NCBI GenBank assembly: GCA_032718475.1
Contig: JAUCBJ010005336.1
Span: 1 to 42,791, forward strand
DNA length: 42,791 bases
From: Nemertoderma westbladi
Lineage: Eukaryota > Animalia > Xenacoelomorpha
Direction of reading: 5' to 3'
The position numbers and the translations under genes were made by a program. Position 1 is the stretch's first letter; every line of letters begins with the position of its first letter. The notes under the pieces were generated by a model. That model saw only the letters and a program-made list of their open reading frames with translations, was not told the DNA's origin and searched no databases. Positions 1 through 13,000 of this stretch are shown piece by piece.

Positions 1-3000
1 TACCCACCCCTACCTTCGGGTAGCAGATAGGAGTAGCGCCCATCCCTACCATCGGGTAGCAGATAGGAGTAGCGCCCACCCCTACCTTCGGGTAGCAGAT
101 AGGAGTAGCGCCCACCCCTACCTTCGGGTAGCAGATAGGAGTAGCGCCCATCCCTACCATCGGGTAGCAGATAGGAGTAGCGCCCACCCCTACCTTCGGG
201 TAGCAGATAGGAGAAGCGCCCACCCCTGCCATCGGGTAGCAGATAGGAGTAGCGCCCACCCCTACCATCGGGTACCAGCAGATAGGAGTAGCGCCCACTC
301 CTACCATCGGGAAGCAGATAGGAGTAGCGCCTACCCCTACCTTCAGATAGCAGATAGGAGTAGCGCCCACCCCTACCTTCGGGTAACAGATAGGAGTAGC
401 GCCCACCCCTACCCTCGGGTAGCCGATAGGAGTAGCGCCCACCCCTACCATCGGGAAGCAGATAGGAGTAGCGCCCACCCCTACCTTCGGGTAACAGATA
501 GGAGTAGCGCCCACCCCTACCTTCGGGTAACAGATAGGAGTAGCGCCCACCCCTACCTTCGGGTAGCAGATAGGAGTAGCGCCCACCCCTACCCTCGGGT
601 AGCCCATAGGAGTAGCGCCCACCCCTACCATCGGGAAGCAGATAGGAGTAGCGCCTACCCCTACCCTCGGGTAGCAGATAGGAGTAGCCCCCACCCATAC
701 CTTCGGGTAGCAGATAGGAGTAGCGCCCACCCCTACCTTCGGGTAGTAGATAGGAGTAGCGCTCACTCCTACCCTCGGGTAGCAGATAGGAGTAGCGCCC
801 ACCCCTACCCTCGGGTAGCCGTAGCAGATAGGAGTAGCGCCCACCCCTACCCTCGGGTAGCCGTAGCAGATAGGAGTAGCGCCCACCCCTACCCTCGGGT
901 AGCCGTAGCAGATAGGAGTAGCGCCCACCCCTACCCTCGGGTAGCCGTAGCCGATAGGAGTAGCGCCCACCCCTACCATCGGGAAGCAGATAGGAGTAGC
1001 GCCCACCCCTACCCTCGGGTAGCAGATAGGAGTAGCGCCCACCCCTACCTTCGGGTAGCAGATAGGAGTAGCGCCCACCCCTACCTTCGGGTAGCAGATA
1101 GGAGTAGCGCCCACCCCTACCCTCGGGTAGCCGTAGCAGATAGGAGTAGCGCCCACCCCTACCCTCGGGTAGCCGTAGCAGATAGGAGTAGCGCCCACCC
1201 CTACCCTCGGGTAGCCGTAGCAGATAGGAGTAGCGCCCACCCCTACCCTCGGGTAGCCGTAGCCGATAGGAGTAGCGCCTACCCCTACCATCGGGAAGCA
1301 GATAGGAGTAGCGCCCACCCCTACCCTCGGGTAGCAGATAGGAGTAGCGCCCAGCCCTACCTTCGGGTAGCAGATAGGAGTAGCGCCCACCCCTACCTTC
1401 GGGTAGCAGATAGGAGTAGCGCACACCCCTACCTTCGGGTAGTAGATAGGAGTAGCGCCCACCCCTACCTTCGGGTAGTAGATAGGAGTAGCGCCCACCC
1501 CTACCCTCGGGTAGCAGATAGGAGTAGCGCCCAGCCCTACCTTCGGGAAGCAGATAGGAGTAGCGCCCACCCCTACCATCGGGAAGCAGATAGGAGTAGC
1601 GCCCACCCCTACCCTCGGGTAGCCGTAGCAGATAGGAGTAGCGCCCACCCCTACCCTCGGGTAGCCGTAGCCGATAGGAGTAGCGCCCACCCCTACCCTC
1701 GGGTAGCCGTAGCAGATAGGAGTAGCGCCCACCCCTACCCTCGGGTAGCAGATAGGAGTAGCGCCCAGCCCTACCTTCGGGTAGCAGATAGGAGTAGCGC
1801 CCACCCCTACCTTCGGGTAGTAGATAGGAGTAGCGCCCACCCATACCCTCGGGGTAGCAGATAGGAGTAGCGCCCACCCCTACCTTCGGGTAGCAGATAG
1901 GAGTAGCGCCCACCCCTACCTTCGGGTAGCAGATAGGAGTAGCGCCCACCCCTACCTTCGGGTAGTAGATAGGAGTAGCGCCCACCCCTACCTTCGGGTA
2001 GTAGATAGGAGTAGCGCCCACCCCTACCCTCGGGTAGCAGATAGGAGTAGCGCCCAGCCCTACCTTCGGGAAGCAGATAGGAGTAGCGCCCACCCCTACC
2101 ATCGGGAAGCAGATAGGAGTAGCGCCCACCCCTACCCTCGGGTAGACGATAGGAGTAGCGCCCACCCCTACCTTCGGGTAGCAGATAGGAGTAGCGCCCA
2201 CCCCTACCTTCGGGTAGTAGATAGGAGTAGCGCCCACCCATACCCTCGGGTAGCAGATAGGAGTAGCGCCCACCCCTACCTTCGGGTAGCCGTAGCCGAT
2301 AGGAGTAGCGCCTACCCCTACCATCGGGAAGCAGATAGGAGTAGCGCCCACCCCTACCCTCGGGTAGCAGATAGGAGTAGCGCCCAGCCCTACCTTCGGG
2401 TAGCAGATAGGAGTAGCGCCCACCCCTACCTTCGGGTAGCAGATAGGAGTAGCGCCCACCCCTACCTTCGGGTAGCAGATAGGAGTAGCGCCCACCCCTA
2501 CCCTCGGGTAGCAGATAGGAGTAGCGCCCAGCCCTACCTTCGGGTAGCAGATAGGAGTAGCGCCCACCCCTACCTTCGGGTAGCAGATAGGAGTAGCGCC
2601 CAGCCCTACCTTCGGGTAGCAGATAGGAGTAGCGCCTACCCCTACCATCGGGAAGCAGATAGGAGTAGCGCCCACCCCTACCCTCGGGTAGCAGATAGGA
2701 GTAGCGCCCAGCCCTACCTTCGGGTAGCAGATAGGAGTAGCGCCCACCCCTACCTTCGGGTAGCAGATAGGAGTAGCGCCCAGCCCTACCTTCGGGTAGC
2801 AGATAGGAGTAGCGCCTACCCCTACCATCGGGAAGCAGATAGGAGTAGCGCCCACCCCTACCCTCGGGTAGCAGATAGGAGTAGCGCCCACCCCTACCTT
2901 CGGGTAGCAGATAGGAGTAGCGCCCACCCCTACCTTCGGGTAGCAGATAGGAGTAGCGCCCACCCCTACCTTCGGGTAGCCGTAGCCGATAGGAGTAGCG

Positions 3001-3285
3001 CCTACCCCTACCATCGGGAAGCAGATAGGAGTAGCGCCCACCCCTACCCTCGGGTAGCAGATAGGAGTAGCGCCCAGCCCTACCTTCGGGTAGCAGATAG
3101 GAGTAGCGCCCACCCCTACCTTCGGGTAGCAGATAGGAGTAGCGCCCACCCCTACCCTCGGGTAGCAGATAGGAGTAGCGCCAACCCCTAACCTCGTGTA
3201 GCAGCTAGGAGTAGCGCCCACCCCTACCCTCGGGTAGCAGATAGGAGTAGCGCCCACCCCTACCTTCGGGTAGCAGATAGGAGTA
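1..3285 (+). repeat. 36-bp minisatellite array A (about 90 units, runs off the left edge)
   Basis: Tandem unit CCCACCCCTACCTTCGGGTAGCAGATAGGAGTAGCG, with 42-bp variants carrying an extra CCGTAG. It is the reverse complement of the array at 30259-33966. Confidence 0.98.
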
Positions 3286-3320
3286 TCGAATTAGGAGCCT
3301 TCGGGTCGGCTTCGACCTAC
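3285..3320 (+). mobile_element. 3' tail of the SINE that hosts array A
   Basis: TATCGAATTAGGAGCCTTCGGGTCGG matches the flank of the second 36-bp array (reverse complement of about 30232-30257: TATCGAAAGAGGAGCCTTCGGGTCGC). Confidence 0.75.
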
Positions 3321-3350
3321 TTTTTCCTTTTATTTGAAAGCATTTTTTTG

Positions 3351-3394
3351 TCCCGTTCCGTTCCGTCCCGTTCCGTTCCGTTCCGTCCCGTTCC
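3351..3394 (+). repeat. (CCGTT)n microsatellite
   Basis: About 8-9 imperfect CCGTT/CCGTC pentamers. Confidence 0.9.
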
Positions 3395-3676
3395 TCTTTG
3401 TCCAATTTGTTAAAGCGTTCTTTTGAGTTGGGACGAAATCGTAATAAAAAAAAACTATCAAAACATGGAAAAAAAACGAGATAAAAAGATTTAGGAAAAA
3501 ATTTAAGAATTAAGTAAAATTAAGGAAAATGTAAAATAATTGAATAAGTAAATCGCAACCAACAATCAATGTAATAATAATTACACTGAAGATTCGGTAA
3601 AAGTAGATAGACCTAATGAAATAAAAGAACTTAATAATGAGGCCATAGGCAATTAAATATTACAACGTGTGTAACT

Positions 3677-4080
3677 GGGAGGGATAGCCCCCCTCGCAAA
3701 AAATTTACAAATTTGTATTGTATTGCGTCTAGAGCAGAATTTAAGGGGGATTTCAAATCTGAAAACGGCTTAGAGAGATCTCTGTTAGTTCTCGAGTTAT
3801 CGTGGAATATCTGTCTGCCATTTTTCTGTCAAAATGTAAGACAGACAGAGAGACAGACAACCGACAGAGTACATTCCACCAAATATTAAAACTGACATCG
3901 GAAAGGAAATAAGCGACCCCGAAAACCCAAATAAATATAATTTTAGCTCGATGGTGTATTTCCTTCATGTCAGACACTATTAACCAACCAGACCCCACAG
4001 GTAGTTTTGCGCGGGAAGGTATGAACTTTGAAGGTAATTATCTCAGAATGACATTTTTTTGCACGAAAAATACTACTCCT
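3677..4080 (+). mobile_element. Truncated, diverged copy of the non-autonomous DNA transposon at 39172-40158
   Basis: Colinear similarity to about 39195-39604 (TCTAGAGCAGAATTTAA, AGTTCTCGAGTTATC, AGCGACCCCGAAAACCC, AACTTTGAAGG, TACTACTCCT). Similarity stops about 6 bp before the 38-bp array. Confidence 0.85.
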
Positions 4081-4086
4081 GCGCCC

Positions 4087-7000
4087 GTGAGTTAGAAGAG
4101 CATGCAGAGCAAGGTTGTGGATCTGTGAGTTAGAAGAGCATGTAGAGTAAGATTGTGGATCTGTGAGTTAGAAGAGCATGCAGAGTAATATTGTGGATCT
4201 GTGAGTTAGAAGAGCATATAGAGTAAGATTGTGGATCTGTGAGTTAGAAGAGCATGTGGAGTAAGATTGTGGATCTGTGAGTTAGAAGAGCATGCAGAGT
4301 AAGATTGTGGATCTGTGAGTTAGAAGAGCATGCAGAGTACGATTGTGGATCTGTGAGTTAGAAGAGCATGTAGAGTAAGATTGTGGATCTGTGAGTTAGA
4401 AGAGCATGCAGAGTAAGATTGTGGATCTGTGAGTTAGAAGAGCATGTAGAGTAAGATTGTGGATCTGTGAGTTAGAAGAGCATGTAGAGTAAGATTGTGG
4501 ATCTGTGAGTTAGAAGAGCATGTAGAGTAAGATTGTGGATCTGTGAGTTAGAAGAGCATGTAGAGTAAGATTGTGGATCTGTGAGTTAGTAGAGCATGTA
4601 GAGTAAGATTGTGGATCTGTGAGTTGGAAGAGCATGTAGAGTAAGATTGTGGATCTGTGAGTTAGAAGAGCATGTAGAGTAAGATTGTGGATCTGTGAGT
4701 TAGAAGAGCATGCAGAGTAAGATTGTGGATCTGTGAGTTAGAAGAGCATGTAGAGTAAGATTGTGGATCTGTGAGTTAGAAGAGCATGTAGAGTAAGATT
4801 GTGGATCTGTGAGTTAGAAGAGCATGTAGAGTAAGATTGTGGATCTGTGAGTTAGAAGAGCATATAGAGTAAGATTGTGGATCTGTGAGTTAGAAGAGCA
4901 TGTAGAGTAAGATTGTGGATCTGTGAGTTAGAAGAGCATATAGAGTAAGATTCTGGATCTGTGAGTTAGTAGAGCATGTAGAGTAAGATTGTGGATCTGT
5001 GAGTTAGAAGAGCATGCAGAGTAAGATTGTGGATCTGTGAGTTAGAAGAGCATGTAGAGTAAGATTGTGGATCTGTGAGTTAGAAGAGCATATAGAGTAA
5101 GATTGTGGATCTGTGAGTTAGAAGAGCATGCAGAGTAAGATTGTGGATCTGTGAGTTAGAAGAGCATATAGAGTAAGATTGTGGATCTGTGAGTTAGAAG
5201 AGCATGCAGAGTAAGATTGTGGATCTGTGAGTTAGAAGAGCATGCAGAGTAAGATTGTGGATCTGTGAGTTAGAAGAGCATATAGAGTAAGATTGTGGAT
5301 CTGTGAGTTAGAAGAGCATGCAGAGTAAGATTGTGGATCTGTGAGTTAGAAGAGCATGCAGAGTAAGATTGTGGATCTGTGAGTTAGAAGAGCATGCAGA
5401 GTACGATTGTGGATCTGTGAGTTAGAAGAGCATATAGAGTAAGATTGTGGATCTGTGAGTTAGAAGATCATGTAGAGTAAGATTGTGGATCTGTGAGTTA
5501 GAAGAGCATGTAGAGTAAGATTGTGGATCTGTGAGTTAGAAGAGCATGTCGAGTAAGATTGTGGATCTGTGAGTTAGAAGAGCATGTAGAGTAAGATTGT
5601 GGATTTGTGAGTTAGAAGAGCATGCAGAGTAAGATTGTGGATCTGTGAGTTAGAAGAGCATGTGGAGTAAGATTGTGGATCTGTGAGTTAGAAGAGCATG
5701 CAGAGTACGATTGTGGATCTGTGAGTTAGAAGAGCATATAGAGTAAGATTGTGGATCTGTGAGTTAGAAGAGCATGTAGAGTAAGATTGTGGATCTGTGA
5801 GTTAGAAGAGCATGTAGAGTAAGATTGTGGATCTGTGAGTTAGAAGAGCATATAGGGTAAGATTGTGGATCTGTGAGTTAGTAGAGCATGTAGAGTAAGA
5901 TTGTGGATCTGTGAGTTAGAAGAGCATATAGAGTAAGATTGTGGATCTGTGAGTTAGAAGAGCATGTAGAGTAAGATTGTGGATCTGTGAGTTAGAAGAG
6001 CATGCAGAGTAAGATTGTGGATCTGTGAGTTAGAAGAGCATGTAGAGTAAGATTGTGGATCTGTGAGTTAGAAGAGCATGCAGAGTAAGGTTGTGGATCT
6101 GTGAGTTAGAAGAGCATGTAGAGTAAGATTGTGGATCTGTGAGTTAGAAGAGCATGTAGAGTAAGATTGTGGATCTGTGAGTTAGAAGAGCATGCAGAGT
6201 AAGGTTGTGTGTGAGTTAGAAGAGCATGTAGAGTAAGATTGTGGATCTGTGAGTTAGAAGAGCATGTCGAGTAAGATTGTGGATCTGTGAGTTAGAAGAG
6301 CATGTAGAGTAAGATTGTGGATCTGTGAGTTAGAAGAGCATGCAGAGTAAGATTGTGGATCTGTGAGTTAGAAGAGCATGTAGAGTAAGATTGTGAATCT
6401 GTGAGTTAGAAGAGCATGCAGAGTACGATTGTGGATCTGTGAGTTAGAAGAGCATATAGAGTACGATTGTGGATCTGTGAGTTAGAAGAGCATATAGAGT
6501 AAGATTGTGGATCTGTGAGTTAGAAGATCATGCAGAGTAAGATTGTGGATCTGTGAGTTAGAAGAGCATGTAGAGTAAGATTGTGGATCTGTGAGTTAGA
6601 AGAGCATATAGGGTAAGATTGTGGATCTGTGAGTTAGTAGAGCATGTAGAGTAAGATTGTGGATCTGTGAGTTAGAAGAGCATGCAGAGTAAGATTGTGG
6701 ATCTGTGAGTTAGAAGAGCATGCAGAGTAAGATTGTGGATCTGTGAGTTAGAAGAGCATATAGAGTAAGATTGTGGATCTGTGAGTTAGAAGAGCATGTA
6801 GAGTAAGATGGTGGATCTGTGAGTTAGAAGAGCATATAGAGTAAGATTGTGGATCTGTGAGTTAGAAGAGCATGTAGAGTAAGATTGTGGATCTGTGAGT
6901 TAGAAGAGCATGTAGAGTAAGATTGTGGATCTGTGAGTTAGAAGAGCATGTAGAGTAAGATTGTGGATCTGTGAGTTAGAAGAGCATGTAGAGTAAGATT

Positions 7001-10000
7001 GTGGATCTGTGAGTTAGAAGAGCATGTAGAGTAAGGTTGTGGATCTGTGAGTTAGAAGAGCATGTAGAGTAAGATTGTGGATCTGTGAGTTAGAAGAGCA
7101 TGCAGAGTAAGGTTGTGTGTGAGTTAGAAGAGCATGTAGAGTAAGATTGTGGATCTGTGAGTTAGAAGAGCATGTAGAGTAAGATTGTGGATCTGTGAGT
7201 TAGAAGAGCATGCAGAGTAAGGTTGTGGATCTGTGAGTTAGAAGAGCATGTAGAGTAAGATTGTGGATCTGTGAGTTAGAAGAGCATGCAGAGTACGATT
7301 GTGGATCTGTGAGTTAGAAGAGCATGTAGAGTAAGATTGTGGATCTGTGAGTTAGAAGAGCATGCAGAGTAAGATTGTGGATCTGTGAGTTAGAAGAGCA
7401 TGCAGAGTAAGATTGTGGATCTGTGAGTTAGAAGAGCATATAGAGTAAGATTGTGGATCTGTGAGTTAGAAGAGCATGTAGAGTAAGATGGTGGATCTGT
7501 GAGTTAGAAGAGCATATAGAGTAAGATTGTGGATCTGTGAGTTAGAAGAGCATATAGAGTAAGATTGTGGATCTGTGAGTTAGAAGAGCATGTAGAGTAA
7601 GATTGTGGATCTGTGAGTTAGAAGAGCATGCAGAGTAAGATTGTGGATCTGTGAGTTAGAAGAGCATGCAGAGTAAGATTGTGGATCTGTGAGTTAGAAG
7701 AGCATGCAGAGTAAGGTTGTGGATCTGTGAGTTAGAAGAGCATGTAGAGTAAGGTTGTGGATCTGTGAGTTAGAAGAGCATGTAGAGTAAGATTGTGGAT
7801 CTGTGAGTTAGAAGAGCATGCAGAGTAAGATTGTGGATCTGTGAGTTAGAAGAGCATGTAGAGTAAGATTGTGGATCTGTGAGTTAGAAGAGCATATAGA
7901 GTAAGATTGTGGATCTGTGAGTTAGAAGAGCATATAGAGTAAGATTGTGGATCTGTGAGTTAGAAGAGCATGTAGAGTAAGATTGTGGATCTGTGAGTTA
8001 GAAGAGCATGTAGAGTAAGATTGTGGATCTGTGAGTTAGAAGAGCATGCAGAGTAAGGTTGTGTGTGAGTTAGAAGAGCATGTAGAGTAAGGTTGTGTGT
8101 GAGTTAGAAGAGCATGTAGAGTAAGGTTGTGTGTGAGTTAGAAGAGCATGTAGAGTAAGATTGTGGATCTGTGAGTTAGAAGAGCATGTAGAGTAAGATT
8201 GTGGATCTGTGAGTTAGAAGAGCATGTAGAGTAAGATTGTGGATCTGTGAGTTAGAAGAGCATGTCGAGTAAGATTGTGGATCTGTGAGTTAGAAGAGCA
8301 TGTAGAGTACGATTGTGGATCTGTGAGTTAGAAGAGCATGCAGAGTAAGATTGTGGATCTGTGAGTTAGAAGAGCATATAGAGTAAGATTGTGGATCTGT
8401 GAGTTAGAAGAGCATGTAGAGTAAGATTGTGGATCTGTGAGTTAGAAGAGCATGTAGAGTAAGATTGTGGATCTGTGAGTTAGAAGAGCATGTAGAGTAA
8501 GATTGTGGATCTGTGAGTTAGAAGAGCATGTAGAGTAAGATTGTGGATCTGTGAGTTAGAAGAGCATGTAGAGTACGATTGTGGATCTGTGAGTTAGAAG
8601 AGCATGTAGAGTAAGATTGTGGATCTGTGAGTTAGAAGAGCATGTAGAGTACGATTGTGGATCTGTGAGTTAGAAGAGCATGCAGAGTAAGATTGTGGAT
8701 CTGTGAGTTAGAAGAGCATGTAGAGTAAGATTGTGGATCTGTGAGTTAGAAGAGCATGTAGAGTACGATTGTGGATCTGTGAGTTAGAAGAGCATGCAGA
8801 GTAAGATTGTGGATCTGTGAGTTAGAAGAGCATATAGAGTAAGATTGTGGATCTGTGAGTTAGAAGAGCATGTAGAGTAAGATTGTGGATCTGTGAGTTA
8901 GAAGAGCATGTAGAGTAAGATTGTGGATCTGTGAGTTAGAAGAGCATGTCGAGTAAGATTGTGGATCTGTGAGTTAGAAGAGCATGTAGAGTACGATTGT
9001 GGATCTGTGAGTTAGAAGAGCATGCAGAGTAAGATTGTGGATCTGTGAGTTAGAAGAGCATATAGAGTAAGATTGTGGATCTGTGAGTTAGAAGAGCATG
9101 TAGAGTAAGATGGTGGATCTGTGAGTTAGAAGAGCATATAGAGTAAGATTGTGGATCTGTGAGTTAGAAGAGCATGTAGAGTAAGATTGTGGATCTGTGA
9201 GTTAGAAGAGCATGCAGAGTAAGATTGTGGATCTGTGAGTTAGAAGAGCATGTAGAGTAAGATTGTGGATCTGTGAGTTAGAAGAGCATGCAGAGTAAGG
9301 TTGTGGATCTGTGAGTTAGAAGAGCATGTAGAGTAAGATTGTGGATCTGTGAGTTAGTAGAGCATGTAGAGTAAGATTGTGGATCTGTGAGTTAGAAGAG
9401 CATGCAGAGTAAGATTGTGGATCTGTGAGTTAGAAGAGCATGTAGAGTAAGATTGTGGATCTGTGAGTTAGAAGAGCATATAGAGTAAGATTGTGGATCT
9501 GTGAGTTAGAAGAGCATGTAGAGTAAGATTGTGGATCTGTGAGTTAGAAGAGCATGCAGAGTAAGATTGTGGATCTGTGAGTTAGAAGAGCATATAGAGT
9601 AAGATTGTGGATCTGTGAGTTAGAAGAGCATGTAGAGTAAGATGGTGGATCTGTGAGTTAGAAGAGCATATAGAGTAAGATTGTGGATCTGTGAGTTAGA
9701 AGAGCATGTAGAGTAAGATTGTGGATCTGTGAGTTAGAAGAGCATGTAGAGTAAGATTGTGGATCTGTGAGTTAGAAGAGCATGCAGAGTAAGATTGTGG
9801 ATCTGTGAGTTAGAAGAGCATGTAGAGTAAGATTGTGGATCTGTGAGTTAGAAGAGCATGCAGAGTAAGGTTGTGGATCTGTGAGTTAGAAGAGCATGTA
9901 GAGTAAGATTGTGGATCTGTGAGTTAGAAGAGCATGCAGAGTAAGGTTGTGTGTGAGTTAGAAGAGCATGTAGAGTAAGATTGTGGATCTGTGAGTTAGA

Positions 10001-13000
10001 AGAGCATGTAGAGTAAGATTGTGGATCTGTGAGTTAGAAGAGCATGTCGAGTAAGATTGTGGATCTGTGAGTTAGAAGAGCATGTAGAGTAAGATTGTGG
10101 ATCTGTGAGTTAGAAGAGCATGCAGAGTAAGATTGTGGATCTGTGAGTTAGAAGAGCATGTAGAGTAAGATTGTGGATCTGTGAGTTAGAAGAGCATGCA
10201 GAGTACGATTGTGGATCTGTGAGTTAGAAGAGCATATAGAGTAAGATTGTGGATCTGTGAGTTAGAAGAGCATGTAGAGTAAGATTGTGGATCTGTGAGT
10301 TAGAAGAGCATGCAGAGTAAGATTGTGGATCTGTGAGTTAGAAGAGCATGTAGAGTAAGATTGTGGATCTGTGAGTTAGAAGAGCATATAGGGTAAGATT
10401 GTGGATCTGTGAGTTAGTAGAGCATGTAGAGTAAGATTGTGGATCTGTGAGTTAGAAGAGCATGCAGAGTAAGATTGTGGATCTGTGAGTTAGAAGAGCA
10501 TATAGAGTAAGATTGTGGATCTGTGAGTTAGAAGAGCATGTAGAGTAAGATGGTGGATCTGTGAGTTAGAAGAGCATATAGAGTAAGATTGTGGATCTGT
10601 GAGTTAGAAGAGCATGTAGAGTAAGATTGTGGATCTGTGAGTTAGAAGAGCATGTAGAGTAAGATTGTGGATCTGTGAGTTAGAAGAGCATGCAGAGTAA
10701 GATTGTGGATCTGTGAGTTAGAAGAGCATGTAGAGTAAGATTGTGGATCTGTGAGTTAGAAGAGCATGCAGAGTAAGGTTGTGGATCTGTGAGTTAGAAG
10801 AGCATGTAGAGTAAGATTGTGGATCTGTGAGTTAGAAGAGCATGCAGAGTAAGGTTGTGTGTGAGTTAGAAGAGCATGTAGAGTAAGATTGTGGATCTGT
10901 GAGTTAGAAGAGCATGCAGAGTACGATTGTGGATCTGTGAGTTAGAAGAGCATGTAGAGTAAGATTGTGGATCTGTGAGTTAGAAGAGCATGCAGAGTAA
11001 GGTTGTGGATCTGTGAGTTAGAAGAGCATGTAGAGTAAGATTGTGGATCTGTGAGTTAGAAGAGCATGCAGAGTACGATTGTGGATCTGTGAGTTAGAAG
11101 AGCATGTAGAGTAAGATTGTGGATCTGTGAGTTAGAAGAGCATGCAGAGTAAGATTGTGGATCTGTGAGTTAGAAGAGCATGCAGAGTAAGATTGTGGAT
11201 CTGTGAGTTAGAAGAGCATATAGAGTAAGATTGTGGATCTATGAGTTAGAAGAGCATGTAGAGTAAGATGGTGGATCTGTGAGTTAGAAGAGCATATAGA
11301 GTAAGATTGTGGATCTGTGAGTTAGAAGAGCATGTAGAGTAAGATTGTGGATCTGTGAGTTAGAAGAGCATGTAGAGTAAGATTGTGGATCTGTGAGTTA
11401 GAAGAGCATGCAGAGTAAGATTGTGGATCTGTGAGTTAGAAGAGCATGTAGAGTAAGATTGTGGATCTGTGAGTTAGAAGAGCATGCAGAGTAAGGTTGT
11501 GGATCTGTGAGTTAGAAGAGCATGTAGAGTAAGATTGTGGATCTGTGAGTTAGAAGAGCATGCAGAGTAAGGTTGTGTGTGAGTTAGAAGAGCATGTAGA
11601 GTAAGATTGTGGATCTGTGAGTTAGAAGAGCATGCAGAGTACGATTGTGGATCTGTGAGTTAGAAGAGCATGTAGAGTAAGATTGTGGATCTGTGAGTTA
11701 GAAGAGCATGCAGAGTAAGGTTGTGGATCTGTGAGTTAGAAGAGCATGTAGAGTAAGATTGTGGATCTGTGAGTTAGAAGAGCATGCAGAGTAAGGTTGT
11801 GTGTGAGTTAGAAGAGCATGTAGAGTAAGATTGTGGATCTGTGAGTTAGAAGAGCATGCAGAGTAAGATTGTGGATCTGTGAGTTAGAAGAGCATGTAGA
11901 GTAAGATTGTGGATCTGTGAGTTAGAAGAGCATGCAGAGTAAGGTTGTGGATCTGTGAGTTAGAAGAGCATGTAGAGTAAGATTGTGGATCTGTGAGTTA
12001 GAAGAGCATGTAGAGTAAGGTTGTGTGTGAGTTAGAAGAGCATGTAGAGTAAGATTGTGGATCTGTGAGTTAGAAGAGCATGCAGAGTACGATTGTGGAT
12101 CTGTGAGTTAGAAGAGCATGCAGAGTAAGGTTGTGTGTGAGTTAGAAGAGCATGTAGAGTAAGATTGTGGATCTGAGAGTTAGAAGAGCATGCAGAGTAC
12201 GATTGTGGATCTGTGAGTTAGAAGAGCATGCAGAGTAAGGTTGTGTGTGAGTTAGAAGAGCATGTAGAGTAAGATTGTGGATCTGTGAGTTAGAAGAGCA
12301 TGCAGAGTAAGATTGTGGATCTGTGAGTTAGAAGAGCATGTAGAGTAAGGTTGTGTGTGAGTTAGAAGAGCATGTAGAGTAAGGTTGTGGATATGTGAGT
12401 TAGAAGAGCATGCAGACTAAGATTGTAGATCTGCGAGTTAGAAGAGCATGCAGAGTAAGGTTGTGTGTGAGTTAGAAGAGCATGTAGAGTAAGATTGTGG
12501 ATCTGTCAGTTAGAAGAGCATGCAGAGTAAGATTGTGGATCTGTGAGTTAGAAGAGCATGCAGAGTAAGGTTGTGTGTGAGTTAGAAGAGCATGTAGAGT
12601 AAGGTGGTGGATCTGTGAGTTAGAAGAGCATGCAGAGTAAGATTGTGGATCTGTGAGTTAGAAGAGCATGTAGAGTAAGGTTGTGTGTGAGTTAGAAGAG
12701 CATGTAGAGTAAGGTTGTGGATCTGTGAGTTAGAAGAGCATATAGAGTAAGATTGTGGATCTGTGAGTTAGAAGAGCATGCAGAGTAAGATTGTGGATCT
12801 GTGAGTTAGAAGAGCATGTAGAGTAAGATTTTGGATCTGTGAGTTAGAAGAGCATGTAGAGTAAGATTGTGGATCTGTGAGTTAGAAGAGCATGCAGAGT
12901 AAGGTTGTGGATCTGTGAGTTAGAAGAGCATGTAGAGTAAGATTGTGGATCTGTGAGTTAGAAGAGCATGCAGAGTAAGGTTGTGTGTGAGTTAGAAGAG

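Noticed and set aside
1807-3405. GGRYSYLLPEGR-repeat ORFs
   Set aside because: Translations of array A, broken by indels and stops.
3753-3998. Similar short ORFs here and at 39349-39579
   Set aside because: The similarity reflects two copies of a non-coding transposon; no protein motif.
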